The notes under the pieces: model-generated
Told to the model about the DNA's origin: nothing
Seen by the model: the letters and a program-made list of their open reading frames with translations, nothing else
Databases searched by the model: none
Position numbers and translations under genes: made by a program
In this document: positions 13,901-27,644 of the stretch, in pieces
How positions within the stretch are numbered: position 1 is the stretch's first letter
Layout of the letters: the number at the start of each line of letters is the position of its first letter
Assembly (NCBI GenBank): GCA_964057225.1
Contig: CAXKVF010000092.1
Coordinates: 62,001 to 126,000 of the forward strand
Length of the DNA stretch: 64,000 nt
From: Auanema rhodensis
Taxonomy: Eukaryota; Animalia; Nematoda
Reading direction: 5' to 3'

Positions 13901-16900
13901 TGTGCACGTGATGTGCACTTGGTATGTAACTCGCTTCACGTGAAAGATAAAGAGATGCGGTTTTCAAAATTAGATTCCCCATGTCCATATTAGTCTAAAA
14001 ACAAATTTTTATTGATATTGGTGCATGGTAACCATGACTTTGAAATTTACGTGAACTTTAATTTATGCTAATTAAATGTACACGTGATGTGCACTTGGTA
14101 TGTAACTCGCTTCACGTGAAAGATAAAGAGATGCGGTTTTTAAAATTAGATTCCCCATGTCCATATTAGTCTAAAAACAAATTTTTATTGATATTGGTTC
14201 ATGGTAACCATGACTTTGAAATTTACGTGAACTTTAATTTATGCTAATTAAATGTACACGTGATGTGCACTTGGTATGTAACTCGCTTCACGTGAAAGAT
14301 AAAGAGATGCGGTTTTCAAAATTAGATTCCCCATGTCCATATTAGTCTAAAAACAAATTTTTATTGATATTGGTGCATGGTAACCATGACTTTGAAATTT
14401 ACGTGAACTTTAATTTATGCTAATTAAATGTACACGTGATGTGCACTTGGTATGTAACTCGCTTCACGTGAAAGATAAAGAGATGCGGTTTTCAAAATTA
14501 GATTCCCCATGTCCATATTAGTCTAAAAACAAATTTTTATTGATATTGGTGCATGGTAACCATGACTTTGAAATTTACGTGAACTTTAATTTATGCTAAT
14601 TAAATGTACACGTGATGTGCACTTGGTATGTAACTCGCTTCACGTGAAAGATAAAGAGATGCGGTTTTCAAAATTAGATTCCCCATGTCCATATTAGTCT
14701 AAAAACAAATTTTTATTGATATTGGTGCATGGTAACCATGACTTTGAAATTTACGTGAACTTTAATTTATGCTAATTAAATGTACACGTGATGTGCACTT
14801 GGTATGTAACTCTCTTCACGTGAAAGATAAAGAGATGCGGTTTTCAAAATTAGATTCCCCATGTCCATATTAGTCTAAAAACAAATTTTTATTGATATTG
14901 GTTCATGGTAACCATGACTTTGAAATTTACGTGAACTTTAATTTATGCTAATTAAATGTACACGTGATGTGCACTTGGTATGTAACTCGCTTCACGTGAA
15001 AGATAAAGAGATGCGGTTTTCAAAATTAGATTCCCCATGTCCATATTAGTCTAAAAACAAATTTTTATTGATATTGGTGCATGGTAACCATGACTTTGAA
15101 ATTTACGTGAACTTTAATTTATGCTAATTAAATGTACACGTGATGTGCACTTGGTATGTAACTCGCTTCACGTGAAAGATAAAGAGATGCGGTTTTCAAA
15201 ATTAGATTTCCCATGTCCATATTAGTCTAAAAACAAATTTTTATTGATATTGGTGCATGGTAACCATGACTTTGAAAGTTACGTGAACTTTAATTTATGC
15301 TAATTAAATGTACACGTGATGTGCACTTGGTATGTAACTCGCTTCACGTGAAAGATAAAGAGATGCGGTTTTCAAAATTAGATTCCCCATGTCCATATTA
15401 GTCTAAAAACAAATTTTTATTGATATTGGTTCATGGTAACCATGACTTTGAAATTTACGTGAACTTTAATTAATGCTAATTAAATGTACACGTGATGTGC
15501 ACTTGGTATGTAACTCGCTTCACGTGAAAGATCAAGAGATGCGGTTTTCAAAATTAGATTCCCCATGTCCATATTAGTCTAAAAACAAATTTTTATTGAT
15601 ATTGGTGCATGGTAACCATGACTTTGAAATTTACGTGAACTTTAATTTATGCTAATTAAATGTACACGTGATGTGCACTTGGTATGTAACTCGCTTCACG
15701 TGAAAGATAAAGAGATGCGGTTTTCAAAATTAGATTCCCCATGTCCATATTAGTCTAAAAACAAATTTTTATTGATATTGGTGCATGGTAACCATGACTT
15801 TGAAATTTACGTGAACTTTAATTTATGCTAATTAAATGTACACGTGATGTGCACTTGGTATGTAACTCGCTTCACGTGAAAGATAAAGAGATGTGGTTTT
15901 CAAAATTAGAATCCCCATGTCCATATTAGTCTAAAAACAAATTTTTATTGATATTGGTGCATGGTAACCATGACTTTGAAATTTATGTGAACTTTAATTT
16001 ATGCTAATTAAATGTACACGTGATGTGCACTTGGTATGTAACTCGCTTCACGTGAAAGATATAGAGATGCGGTTTTCAAAATTAGATTCCCCATGTCCAT
16101 ATTAGTCTAAAAACAAATTTTTATTGATATTGGTTCATGGTAACCATGACTTTGAAATTTACGTGAACTTTAATTAATGCTAATTAAATGTACACGTGAT
16201 GTGCACTTGGTATGTAACTCGCTTCACGTGAAAGATCAAGAGATGCGGTTTTCAAAATTAGATTCCCCATGTCCATATTAGTCTAAAAACAAATTTTTAT
16301 TGATATTGGTGCATGGTAACCATGACTTTGAAATTTACGTGAACTTTAATTTATGCTAATTAAATGTACACGTGATGTGCACTTGGTATGTAACTCGCTT
16401 CACGTGAAAGATAAAGAGATGCGGTTTTCAAAATTAGATTCCCCATGTCCATATTAGTCTAAAAACAAATTTTTATTGATATTGGTGCATGGTAACCATG
16501 ACTTTGAAATTTACGTGAACTTTAATTTATGCTAATTAAATGTACACGTGATGTGCACTTGGTATGTAACTCGCTTCACGTGAAAGATAAAGAGATGTGG
16601 TTTTCAAAATTAGAATCCCCATGTCCATATTAGTCTAAAAACAAATTTTTATTGATATTGGTGCATGGTAACCATGACTTTGAAATTTATGTGAACTTTA
16701 ATTTATGCTAATTAAATGTACACGTGATGTGCACTTGGTATGTAACTCTCTTCACGTGAAAGATAAAGAGATGCGGTTTTCAAAATTAGATTCCCCATGT
16801 CCATATTAGTCTAAAAACAAATTTTTATTGATATTGGTTCATGGTAACCATGACTTTGAAATTTACGTGAACTTTAATTTATGCTAATTAAATGTGCACG

Positions 16901-19900
16901 TGATGTGCACTTGGTATGTAACTCGCTTCACGTGAAAGATAAAGAGATGCGGTTTTCAAAATTAGATTCCCCATGTCCATATTAGTCTAAAAACAAATTT
17001 TTATTGATATTGGTGCATGGTAACCTTGACTTTGAAATTTACGTGAACTTTAATTTATGCTAATTAAATGTACACGTGATGTGCACTTGGTATGTAACTC
17101 GCTTCACGTGAAAGATGAAGAGATGCGGTTTGCAAAATTAGATTCCCCATGTCCATATTAGTCTAAAAACAAATTTTTATTGACATTGGTGCATGGTAAC
17201 CATGACTTTGAAATTTACGTGAACTTTAATTTATGCTAATTAAATGTACACGTGATGTGCACTTGGTATGTAACTCGCTTCACGTGAAAGATAAAGAGAT
17301 GCGGTTTTCAAAATTAGATTCCCCATGTCCATATTAGTCTAAAAACAAATTTTTATTGATATTGGTGCATGGTAACCATGACTTTGAAATTTACGTGAAC
17401 TTTAATTTATGCTAATTAAATGTACACGTGATGTGCACTTGGTATGTAACTCGCTTCACGTGAATGATAAAGAGATGCGGTTTTCAAAATTAGATTCCCC
17501 ATGTCCATATTAGTCTAAAAACAAATTTTTATTGATATTGGTGCATGGTAACCATGACTTTGAAAGTTACGTGAACTTTAATTTATGCTAATTAAATGTA
17601 CACGTGATGTGCACTTGGTATGTAACTCGCTTCACGTGAAAGATAAAGAGATGCGGTTTTCAAAATTAGATTCCCCATGTCCATATTAGTCTAAAAACAA
17701 ATTTTTATTGATATTGGTTCATGGTAACCATGACTTTGAAATTTACGTGAACTTTAATTTATGCTAATTAAATGTACACGTGATGTGCACTTGGTATGTA
17801 ACTCGCTTCACTTGGTATGTAACTCGCTTCACGTGAAAGATGAAGAGATGCGGTTTTCAAAATTAGATTCCCCATGTCCATATTAGTCTAAAAACAAATT
17901 TTTATTGATATTGGTGCATGGTAACCATGACTTTGAAATTTACGTGAACTTTAATTTATGCTAATTAAATGTACACGTGATGTGCACTTGGTATGTAACT
18001 CGCTTTTCACGTGAAAGATAAAGAGATGCGGTTTTCAAAATTAGATTCCCCATGTCCATATTAGTCTAAAAACAAATTTTTATTGATATTGGTGCATGGT
18101 AACCATGACTTTGAAATTTACGTGAACTTTAATTTATGCTAATTAAATGTACACGTGATGTGCACTTGGTATGTAACTCGCTTCACGTGAAAGATAAAGA
18201 GATGCGGTTTTCAAAATTAGATTCCCCATGTCCATATTAGTCTAAAAACAAATTTTTATTGATATTGGTTCATGGTAACCATGACTTTGAAATTTACGTG
18301 AACTTTAATTTATGCTAATTAAATGTACACGTGATGTGCACTTGGTATGTAACTCGCTTCACGTGAAAGATAAAGAGATGCGGTTTTCAAAATTAGATTC
18401 CCCATGTCCATATTAGTCTAAAAACAAATTTTTATTGATATTGGTGCATGGTAACCATGACTTTGAAATTTACGTGAACTTTAATTTATGCTAATTAAAT
18501 GTACACGTGATGTGCACTTGGTATGTAACTCGCTTCACTTGGTATGTAACTCGCTTCACGTGAAAGATGAAGAGATGCGGTTTTCAAAATTAGATTCCCC
18601 ATGTCCATATTAGTCTAAAAACAAATTTTTATTGATATTGGTGCATGGTAACCATGACTTTGAAATTTACGTGAACTTTAATTTATGCTAATTAAATGTA
18701 CACGTGATGTGCACTTGGTATGTAACTCGCTTCACGTGAAAGATAAAGAGATGCGGTTTTCAAAATTAGATTCCCCATGTCCATATTAGTCTAAAAACAA
18801 ATTTTTATTGATATTGGTGCATGGTAACCATGACTTTGAAATTTACGTGAACTTTAATTTATGCTAATTAAATGTACACGTGATGTGCACTTGGTATGTA
18901 ACTCGCTTCACGTGAAAGATAAAGAGATGCGGTTTTCAAAATTAGATTCCCCATGTCCATATTAGTCTAAAAACAAATTTTTATTGATATTGGTGCATGG
19001 TAACCATGACTTTGAAATTTACGTGAACTTTAATTTATGCTAATTAAATGTACACGTGATGTGCACTTGGTATGTAACTCGCTTCACGTGAAAGATAAAG
19101 AGATGCGGTTTTCAAAATTAGATTCCCCATGTCCATATTAGTCTAAAAACAAATTTTTATTGATATTGGTGCATGGTAACCATGACTTTGAAATTTACGT
19201 GAACTTTAATTTATGCTAATTAAATGTACACGTGATGTGCACTTGGTATGTAACTCGCTTCACGTGAAAGATAAAGAGATGCGGTTTTCAAAATTAGATT
19301 CCCCATGTCCATATTAGTCTAAAAACAAATTTTTATTGATATTGGTTCATGGTAACCATGACTTTGAAATTTACGTGAACTTTAATTTATGCTAATTAAA
19401 TGTACACGTGATGTGCACTTGGTATGTAACTCGCTTCACGTGAAAGATAAAGAGATGCGGTTTTCAAAATTAGATTCCCCATGTCCATATTAGTCTAAAA
19501 ACAAATTTTTATTGATATTGGTTCATGGTAACCATGACTTTGAAATTTACGTGAACTTTAATTTATGCTAATTAAATGTACACGTGATGTGCACTTGGTA
19601 TGTAACTCGCTTCACGTGAAAGATAAAGAGATGTGGTTTTCAAAATTAGATTCCCCATGTCCATATTAGTCTAAAAACAAATTTTTATTGATATTGGTGC
19701 ATGGTAACCATGACTTTGAAATTTACGTGAACTTTAATTTATGCTAATTAAATGTACACGTGATGTGCACTTGGTATGTAACTCTCTTCACGTGAAAGAT
19801 AAAGAGATGCGGTTTTCAAAATTAGATTCCCCATGTCCATATTAGTCTAAAAACAAATTTTTATTGATATTGGTTCATGGTAACCATGACTTTGAAATTA

Positions 19901-22900
19901 ACGTGAACTTTAATTTATGCTAATTAAATGTGCACGTGATGTGCACTTGGTATGTAACTCGCTTCACGTGAAAGATAAAGAGATGCGGTTCTCAAAATTA
20001 GATTCCCCATGTCCATATTAGTCTAAAAACAAATTTTTATTGATATTGGTGCATGGTAACCATGACTTTGAAATTTACGTGAACTTTAATTTATGCTAAT
20101 TAAATGTACACGTGATGTGCACTTGGTATGTAACTCGCTTCACGTGAAAGATGAAGAGATGCGGTTTGCAAAATTAGATTCCCCATGTCCATATTAGTCT
20201 AAAAACAAATTTTTATTGACATTGGTGCATGGTAACCATGACTTTGAAATTTACGTGAACTTTAATTTATGATAATTAAATGTACACGTGATGTGCACTT
20301 GGTATGTAACTCGCTTCACGTGAAAGATAAAGAGATGCGGTTTTCAAAATTAGATTCCCCATGTCCATATTAGTCTAAAAACAAATTTTTATTGATATTG
20401 GTGCATGGTAACCATGACTTTGAAATTTACGTGAACTTTAATTTATGCTAATTAAATGTACACGTGATGTGCACTTGGTATGTAACTCGCTTCACGTGAA
20501 TGATAAAGAGATGCGGTTTTCAAAATTAGATTCCCCATGTCCATATTAGTCTAAAAACAAATTTTTATTGATATTGGTGCATGGTAACCATGACTTTGAA
20601 AGTTACGTGAACTTTAATTTATGCTAATTAAATGTACACGTGATGTGCACTTGGTATGTAACTCGCTTCACGTGAAAGATAAAGAGATGCGGTTTTCAAA
20701 ATTAGATTCCCCATGTCCATATTAGTCTAAAAACAAATTTTTATTGATATTGGTTCATGGTAACCATGACTTTGAAATTTACGTGAACTTTAATTTATGC
20801 TAATTAAATGTACACGTGATGTGCACTTGGTATGTAACTCGCTTCACTTGGTATGTAACTCGCTTCACGTGAAAGATGAAGAGATGCGGTTTTCAAAATT
20901 AGATTCCCCATGTCCATATTAGTCTAAAAACAAATTTTTATTGATATTGGTGCATGGTAACCATGACTTTGAAAGTTACGTGAACTTTAATTTATGCTAA
21001 TTAAATGTACACGTGATGTGCACTTGGTATGTAACTCGCTTCACGTGAATGATAAAGAGATGCGGTTTTCAAAATTAGATTCCCCATGTCCATATTAGTC
21101 TAAAAACAAATTTTTATTGATATTGGTGCATGGTAACCATGACTTTGAAAGTTACGTGAACTTTAATTTATGCTAATTAAATGTACACGTGATGTGCACT
21201 TGGTATGTAACTCGCTTCACGTGAAAGATAAAGAGATGCGGTTTTCAAAATTAGATTCCCCATGTCCATATTAGTCTAAAAACAAATTTTTATTGATATT
21301 GGTGCATGGTAACCATGACTTTGAAATTTACGTGAACTTTAATTTATGCTAATTAAATGTACACGTGATGTGCACTTGGTATGTAACTCGCTTCACTTGG
21401 TATGTAACTCGCTTCACGTGAAAGATGAAGAGATGCGGTTTTCAAAATTAGATTCCCCATGTCCATATTAGTCTAAAAACAAATTTTTATTGATATTGGT
21501 GCATGGTAACCATGACTTTGAAATTTACGTGAACTTTAATTTATGCTAATTAAATGTACACGTGATGTGCACTTGGTATGTAACTCGCTTCACGTGAAAG
21601 ATAAAGAGATGCGGTTTTCAAAATTAGATTCCCCATGTCCATATTAGTCTAAAAACAAATTTTTATTGATATTGGTGCATGGTAACCATGACTTTGAAAT
21701 TTACGTGAACTTTAATTTATGCTAATTAAATGTACACGTGATGTGCACTTGGTATGTAACTCGCTTCACGTGAAAGATAAAGAGATGCGGTTTTCAAAAT
21801 TAGATTCCCCATGTCCATATTAGTCTAAAAACAAATTTTTATTGATATTGGTGCATGGTAACCATGACTTTGAAATTTACGTGAACTTTAATTTATGCTA
21901 ATTAAATGTACACGTGATGTGCACTTGGTATGTAACTCGCTTCACGTGAAAGATAAAGAGATGCGGTTTTCAAAATTAGATTCCCCATGTCCATATTAGT
22001 CTAAAAACAAATTTTTATTGATATTGGTGCATGGTAACCATGACTTTGAAATTTACGTGAACTTTAATTTATGCTAATTAAATGTACACGTGATGTGCAC
22101 TTGGTATGTAACTCGCTTCACGTGAAAGATAAAGAGATGCGGTTTTCAAAATTAGATTCCCCATGTCCATATTAGTCTAAAAACAAATTTTTATAGATAT
22201 TGGTGCATGGTAACCATGACTTTGAAATTTACGTGAACTTTAATTTATGCTAATTAAATGTACACGTGATGTGCACTTGGTATGTAACTCGCTTCACGTG
22301 AAAGATAAAGAGATGCGGTTTTCAAAATTAGATTCCCCATGTCCATATTAGTCTAAAAACAAATTTTTATTGATATTGGTGCATGGTAACCATGACTTTG
22401 AAATTTACGTGAACTTTAATTTATGCTAATTAAATGTACACGTGATGTGCACTTGGTATGTAACTCGCTTCACTTGGTATGTAACTCGCTTCACGTGAAA
22501 GATGAAGAGATGCGGTTTTCAAAATTAGATTCCCCATGTCCATATTAGTCTAAAAACAAATTTTTATTGATATTGGTGCATGGTAACCATGACTTTGAAA
22601 TTTACGTGAACTTTAATTTATGCTAATTAAATGTACACGTGATGTGCACTTGGTATGTAACTCGCTTCACGTGAAAGATAAAGAGATGCGGTTTTCAAAA
22701 TTAGATTCCCCATGTCCATATTAGTCTAAAAACAAATTTTTATTGATATTGGTGCATGGTAACCATGACTTTGAAATTTACGTGAACTTTAATTTATGCT
22801 AATTAAATGTACACGTGATGTGCACTTGGTATGTAACTCGCTTCACGTGAAAGATAAAGAGATGCGGTTTTCAAAATTAGATTCCCCATGTCCATATTAG

Positions 22901-24574
22901 TCTAAAAACAAATTTTTATTGATATTGGTGCATGGTAACCATGACTTTGAAATTTACGTGAACTTTAATTTATGCTAATTAAATGTACACGTGATGTGCA
23001 CTTGGTATGTAACTCGCTTCACGTGAAAGATAAAGAGATGCGGTTTTCAAAATTAGATTCCCCATGTCCATATTAGTCTAAAAACAAATTTTTATTGATA
23101 TTGGTGCATGGTAACCATGACTTTGAAATTTACGTGAACTTTAATTTATGCTAATTAAATGTACACGTGATGTGCACTTGGTATGTAACTCGCTTCACGT
23201 GAAAGATAAAGAGATGCGGTTTTCAAAATTAGATTCCCCATGTCCATATTAGTCTAAAAACAAATTTTTATAGATATTGGTGCATGGTAACCATGACTTT
23301 GAAATTTACGTGAACTTTAATTTATGCTAATTAAATGTACACGTGATGTGCACTTGGTATGTAACTCGCTTCACGTGAAAGATAAAGAGATGCGGTTTTC
23401 AAAATTAGATTCCCCATGTCCATATTAGTCTAAAAACAAATTTTTATTGATATTGGTGCATGGTAACCATGACTTTGAAATTTACGTGAACTTTAATTTA
23501 TGCTAATTAAATGTACACGTGATGTGCACTTGGTATGTAACTCGCTTCACGTGAAAGATAAAGAGATGCGGTTTTCAAAATTAGATTCCCCATGTCCATA
23601 TTAGTCTAAAAACAAATTTTTATTGATATTGGTGCATGGTAACCATGACTTTGAAATTTACGTGAACTTTAATTTATGCTAATTAAATGTACACGTGATG
23701 TGCACTTGGTATGTAACTCGCTTCACTTGGTATGTAACTCGCTTCACGTGAAAGATAAAGAGATGCGGTTTTCAAAATTAGATTCCCCATGTCCATATTA
23801 GTCTAAAAACAAATTTTTATTGATATTGGTGCATGGTAACCATGACTTTGAAATTTACGTGAACTTTAATTTATGCTAATTAAATGTACACGTGATGTGC
23901 ACTTGGTATGTAACTCGCTTCACGTGAAAGATAAAGAGATGCGGTTTTCAAAATTAGATTCCCCATGTCCATATTAGTCTAAAAACAAATTTTTATTGAT
24001 ATTGGTGCATGGTAACCATGACTTTGAAATTTACGTGAACTTTAATTTATGCTAATTAAATGTACACGTGATGTGCACTTGGTATGTAACTCGCTTCACT
24101 TGGTATGTAACTCGCTTCACGTGAAAGATAAAGAGATGCGGTTTTCAAAATTAGATTCCCCATGTCCATATTAGTCTAAAAACAAATTTTTATTGATATT
24201 GGTGCATGGTAACCATGACTTTGAAATTTACGTGAACTTTAATTTATGCTAATTAAATGTACACGTGATGTGCACTTGGTATGTAACTCGCTTCACGTGA
24301 AAGATAAAGAGATGCGGTTTTCAAAATTAGATTCCCCATGTCCATATTAGTCTAAAAACAAATTTTTATTGATATTGGTTCATGGTAACCATGACTTTGA
24401 AATTTACGTGAACTTTAATTTATGCTAATTAAATGTACACGTGATGTGCACTTGGTATGTAACTCGCTTCACGTGAAAGATAAAGAGATGCGGTTTTCAA
24501 AATTAGATTCCCCATGTCCATATTAGTCTAAAAACAAATTTTTATTGATATTGGTGCATGGTAACCATGACTTT

Positions 24575-24610
24575 GAAAGTTACGTGAACTTTAATTTATG
24601 CTAATTAAAT
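24575..24610 (+). repeat. Left copy of the 36-bp target-site-like direct duplication flanking inverted block 1
   Basis: GAAAGTTACGTGAACTTTAATTTATGCTAATTAAAT, carrying the minor GAAAGTT allele, ends at the left junction and recurs at 25807-25842. Confidence 0.85.
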
Positions 24611-25806
24611 CCAATATCAATAAAAATTTGTTTTTAGACTAATATGGACATGGGGAATCTAATTTTGAAAACCGCATCTCTTTATCTTTCACGTGAAGCG
24701 AGTTACATACCAAGTGAAGCGAGTTACATACCAAGTGCACATCACGTGTACATTTAATTAGCATAAATTAAAGTTCACGTAAATTTCAAAGTCATGGTTA
24801 CCATGCACCAATATCAATAAAAATTTGTTTTTAGACTAATATGGACATGGGGAATCTAATTTTGAAAACCGCATCTCTTTATCTTTCACGTGAAGCGAGT
24901 TACATACCAAGTGCACATCACGTGTACATTTAATTAGCATAAATTAAAGTTCACGTAAATTTCAAAGTCATGGTTACCATGCACCAATATCAATAAAAAT
25001 TTGTTTTTAGACTAATATGGACATGGGGAATCTAATTTTGAAAACCGCATCTCTTTATCTTTCACGTGAAGCGAGTTACATACCAAGTGAAGCGAGTTAC
25101 ATACCAAGTGCACATCACGTGTACATTTAATTAGCATAAATTAAAGTTCACGTAAATTTCAAAGTCATGGTTACCATGCACCAATATCAATAAAAATTTG
25201 TTTTTAGACTAATATGGACATGGGGAATCTAATTTTGAAAACCGCATCTCTTTATCTTTCACGTGAAGCGAGTTACATACCAAGTGCACATCACGTGTAC
25301 ATTTAATTAGCATAAATTAAAGTTCACGTAAATTTCAAAGTCATGGTTACCATGCACCAATATCAATAAAAATTTGTTTTTAGACTAATATGGACATGGG
25401 GAATCTAATTTTGAAAACCGCATCTCTTTATCTTTCACGTGAAGCGAGTTACATACCAAGTGCACATCACGTGTACATTTAATTAGCATAAATTAAAGTT
25501 CACGTAAATTTCAAAGTCATGGTTACCATGCACCAATATCTATAAAAATTTGTTTTTAGACTAATATGGACATGGGGAATCTAATTTTGAAAACCGCATC
25601 TCTTTATCTTTCACGTGAAGCGAGTTACATACTAAGTGCACATCACGTGTACATTTAATTAGCATAAATTAAAGTTCACGTAAATTTCAAAGTCATGGTT
25701 ACCATGCACCAATATCAATAAAAATTTGTTTTTAGACTAATATGGACATGGGGAATCTAATTTTGAAAACCGCATCTCTTTATCTTTCACGTGAAGCGAG
25801 TTACAT
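24611..25806 (-). repeat. Inverted satellite block 1 (1,196 bp, about 6.5 monomers)
   Basis: After ...CTAATTAAAT (24610) the sequence switches to CCAATATCAATAAAAATTTG, the reverse complement of the monomer. It returns to forward orientation after ...GCGAGTTACAT (25806). Confidence 0.98.
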
Positions 25807-25842
25807 GAAAGTTACGTGAACTTTAATTTATGCTAATTAAAT
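25807..25842 (+). repeat. Right copy of the 36-bp target-site-like direct duplication flanking inverted block 1
   Basis: Identical to 24575-24610 including the minor G allele. The same arrangement flanks block 2 (27609-27644 and 28841-28876). Confidence 0.85.
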
Positions 25843-27644
25843 GTACACGTGATGTGCACTTGGTATGTAACTCGCTTCACGTGAAAGATAAAGAGATGCG
25901 GTTTTCAAAATTAGATTCCCCATGTCCATATTAGTCTAAAAACAAATTTTTATTGATATTGGTGCATGGTAACCATGACTTTGAAATTTACGTGAACTTT
26001 AATTTATGCTAATTAAATGTACACGTGATGTGCACTTGGTATGTAACTCGCTTCACGTGAAAGATAAAGAGATGCGGTTTTCAAAATTAGATTCCCCATG
26101 TCCATATTAGTCTAAAAACAAATTTTTATTGATATTGGTGCATGGTAACCATGACTTTGAAATTTACGTGAACTTTAATTTATGCTAATTAAATGTACAC
26201 GTGATGTGCACTTGGTATGTAACTCGCTTCACGTGAAAGATAAAGAGATGCGGTTTTCAAAATTAGATTCCCCATGTCCATATTAGTCTAAAAACAAATT
26301 TTTATAGATATTGGTGCATGGTAACCATGACTTTGAAATTTACGTGAACTTTAATTTATGCTAATTAAATGTACACGTGATGTGCACTTGGTATGTAACT
26401 CGCTTCACGTGAAAGATAAAGAGATGCGGTTTTCAAAATTAGATTCCCCATGTCCATATTAGTCTAAAAACAAATTTTTATTGATATTGGTGCATGGTAA
26501 CCATGACTTTGAAATTTACGTGAACTTTAATTTATGCTAATTAAATGTACACGTGATGTGCACTTGGTATGTAACTCGCTTCACGTGAAAGATAAAGAGA
26601 TGCGGTTTTCAAAATTAGATTCCCCATGTCCATATTAGTCTAAAAACAAATTTTTATTGATATTGGTGCATGGTAACCATGACTTTGAAATTTACGTGAA
26701 CTTTAATTTATGCTAATTAAATGTACACGTGATGTGCACTTGGTATGTAACTCGCTTCACTTGGTATGTAACTCGCTTCACGTGAAAGATAAAGAGATGC
26801 GGTTTTCAAAATTAGATTCCCCATGTCCATATTAGTCTAAAAACAAATTTTTATTGATATTGGTGCATGGTAACCATGACTTTGAAATTTACGTGAACTT
26901 TAATTTATGCTAATTAAATGTACACGTGATGTGCACTTGGTATGTAACTCGCTTCACGTGAAAGATAAAGAGATGCGGTTTTCAAAATTAGATTCCCCAT
27001 GTCCATATTAGTCTAAAAACAAATTTTTATTGATATTGGTGCATGGTAACCATGACTTTGAAATTTACGTGAACTTTAATTTATGCTAATTAAATGTACA
27101 CGTGATGTGCACTTGGTATGTAACTCGCTTCACTTGGTATGTAACTCGCTTCACGTGAAAGATAAAGAGATGCGGTTTTCAAAATTAGATTCCCCATGTC
27201 CATATTAGTCTAAAAACAAATTTTTATTGATATTGGTGCATGGTAACCATGACTTTGAAATTTACGTGAACTTTAATTTATGCTAATTAAATGTACACGT
27301 GATGTGCACTTGGTATGTAACTCGCTTCACGTGAAAGATAAAGAGATGCGGTTTTCAAAATTAGATTCCCCATGTCCATATTAGTCTAAAAACAAATTTT
27401 TATTGATATTGGTTCATGGTAACCATGACTTTGAAATTTACGTGAACTTTAATTTATGCTAATTAAATGTACACGTGATGTGCACTTGGTATGTAACTCG
27501 CTTCACGTGAAAGATAAAGAGATGCGGTTTTCAAAATTAGATTCCCCATGTCCATATTAGTCTAAAAACAAATTTTTATTGATATTGGTGCATGGTAACC
27601 ATGACTTTGAAAGTTACGTGAACTTTAATTTATGCTAATTAAAT
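25807..27644 (+). repeat. 176-bp satellite, forward block between the two inverted blocks
   Basis: Forward monomers whose variants (TATAGAT at 26306, 21-bp duplications at 26737 and 27110) repeat those at 23272, 23703 and 24076 with a 3,034-bp offset. Confidence 0.97.

Larger units (their letters stand above)
1..24610 (+). repeat. 176-bp satellite tandem array, forward block 1
   Basis: GTAACTCGCTTCACGTG recurs at 1, 177, 353 and so on, in exact phase at 2641 (15x176), 5281, 7921 and 10561. Copies typically differ from consensus by 0-3 substitutions. Confidence 0.99.

Noticed and set aside
18001-18010. Singleton +2 T insertion (CGCTTTTCAC), and a similar singleton 1-bp deletion near 42261
   Set aside because: Each is seen once and cannot be distinguished from consensus error or trivial slippage.
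24575-25842. Transposon insertion, suggested by the target-site-like duplication
   Set aside because: The insert is pure satellite copied from 23007-24202, with no terminal inverted repeats, LTRs, ORF or poly(A) tail.
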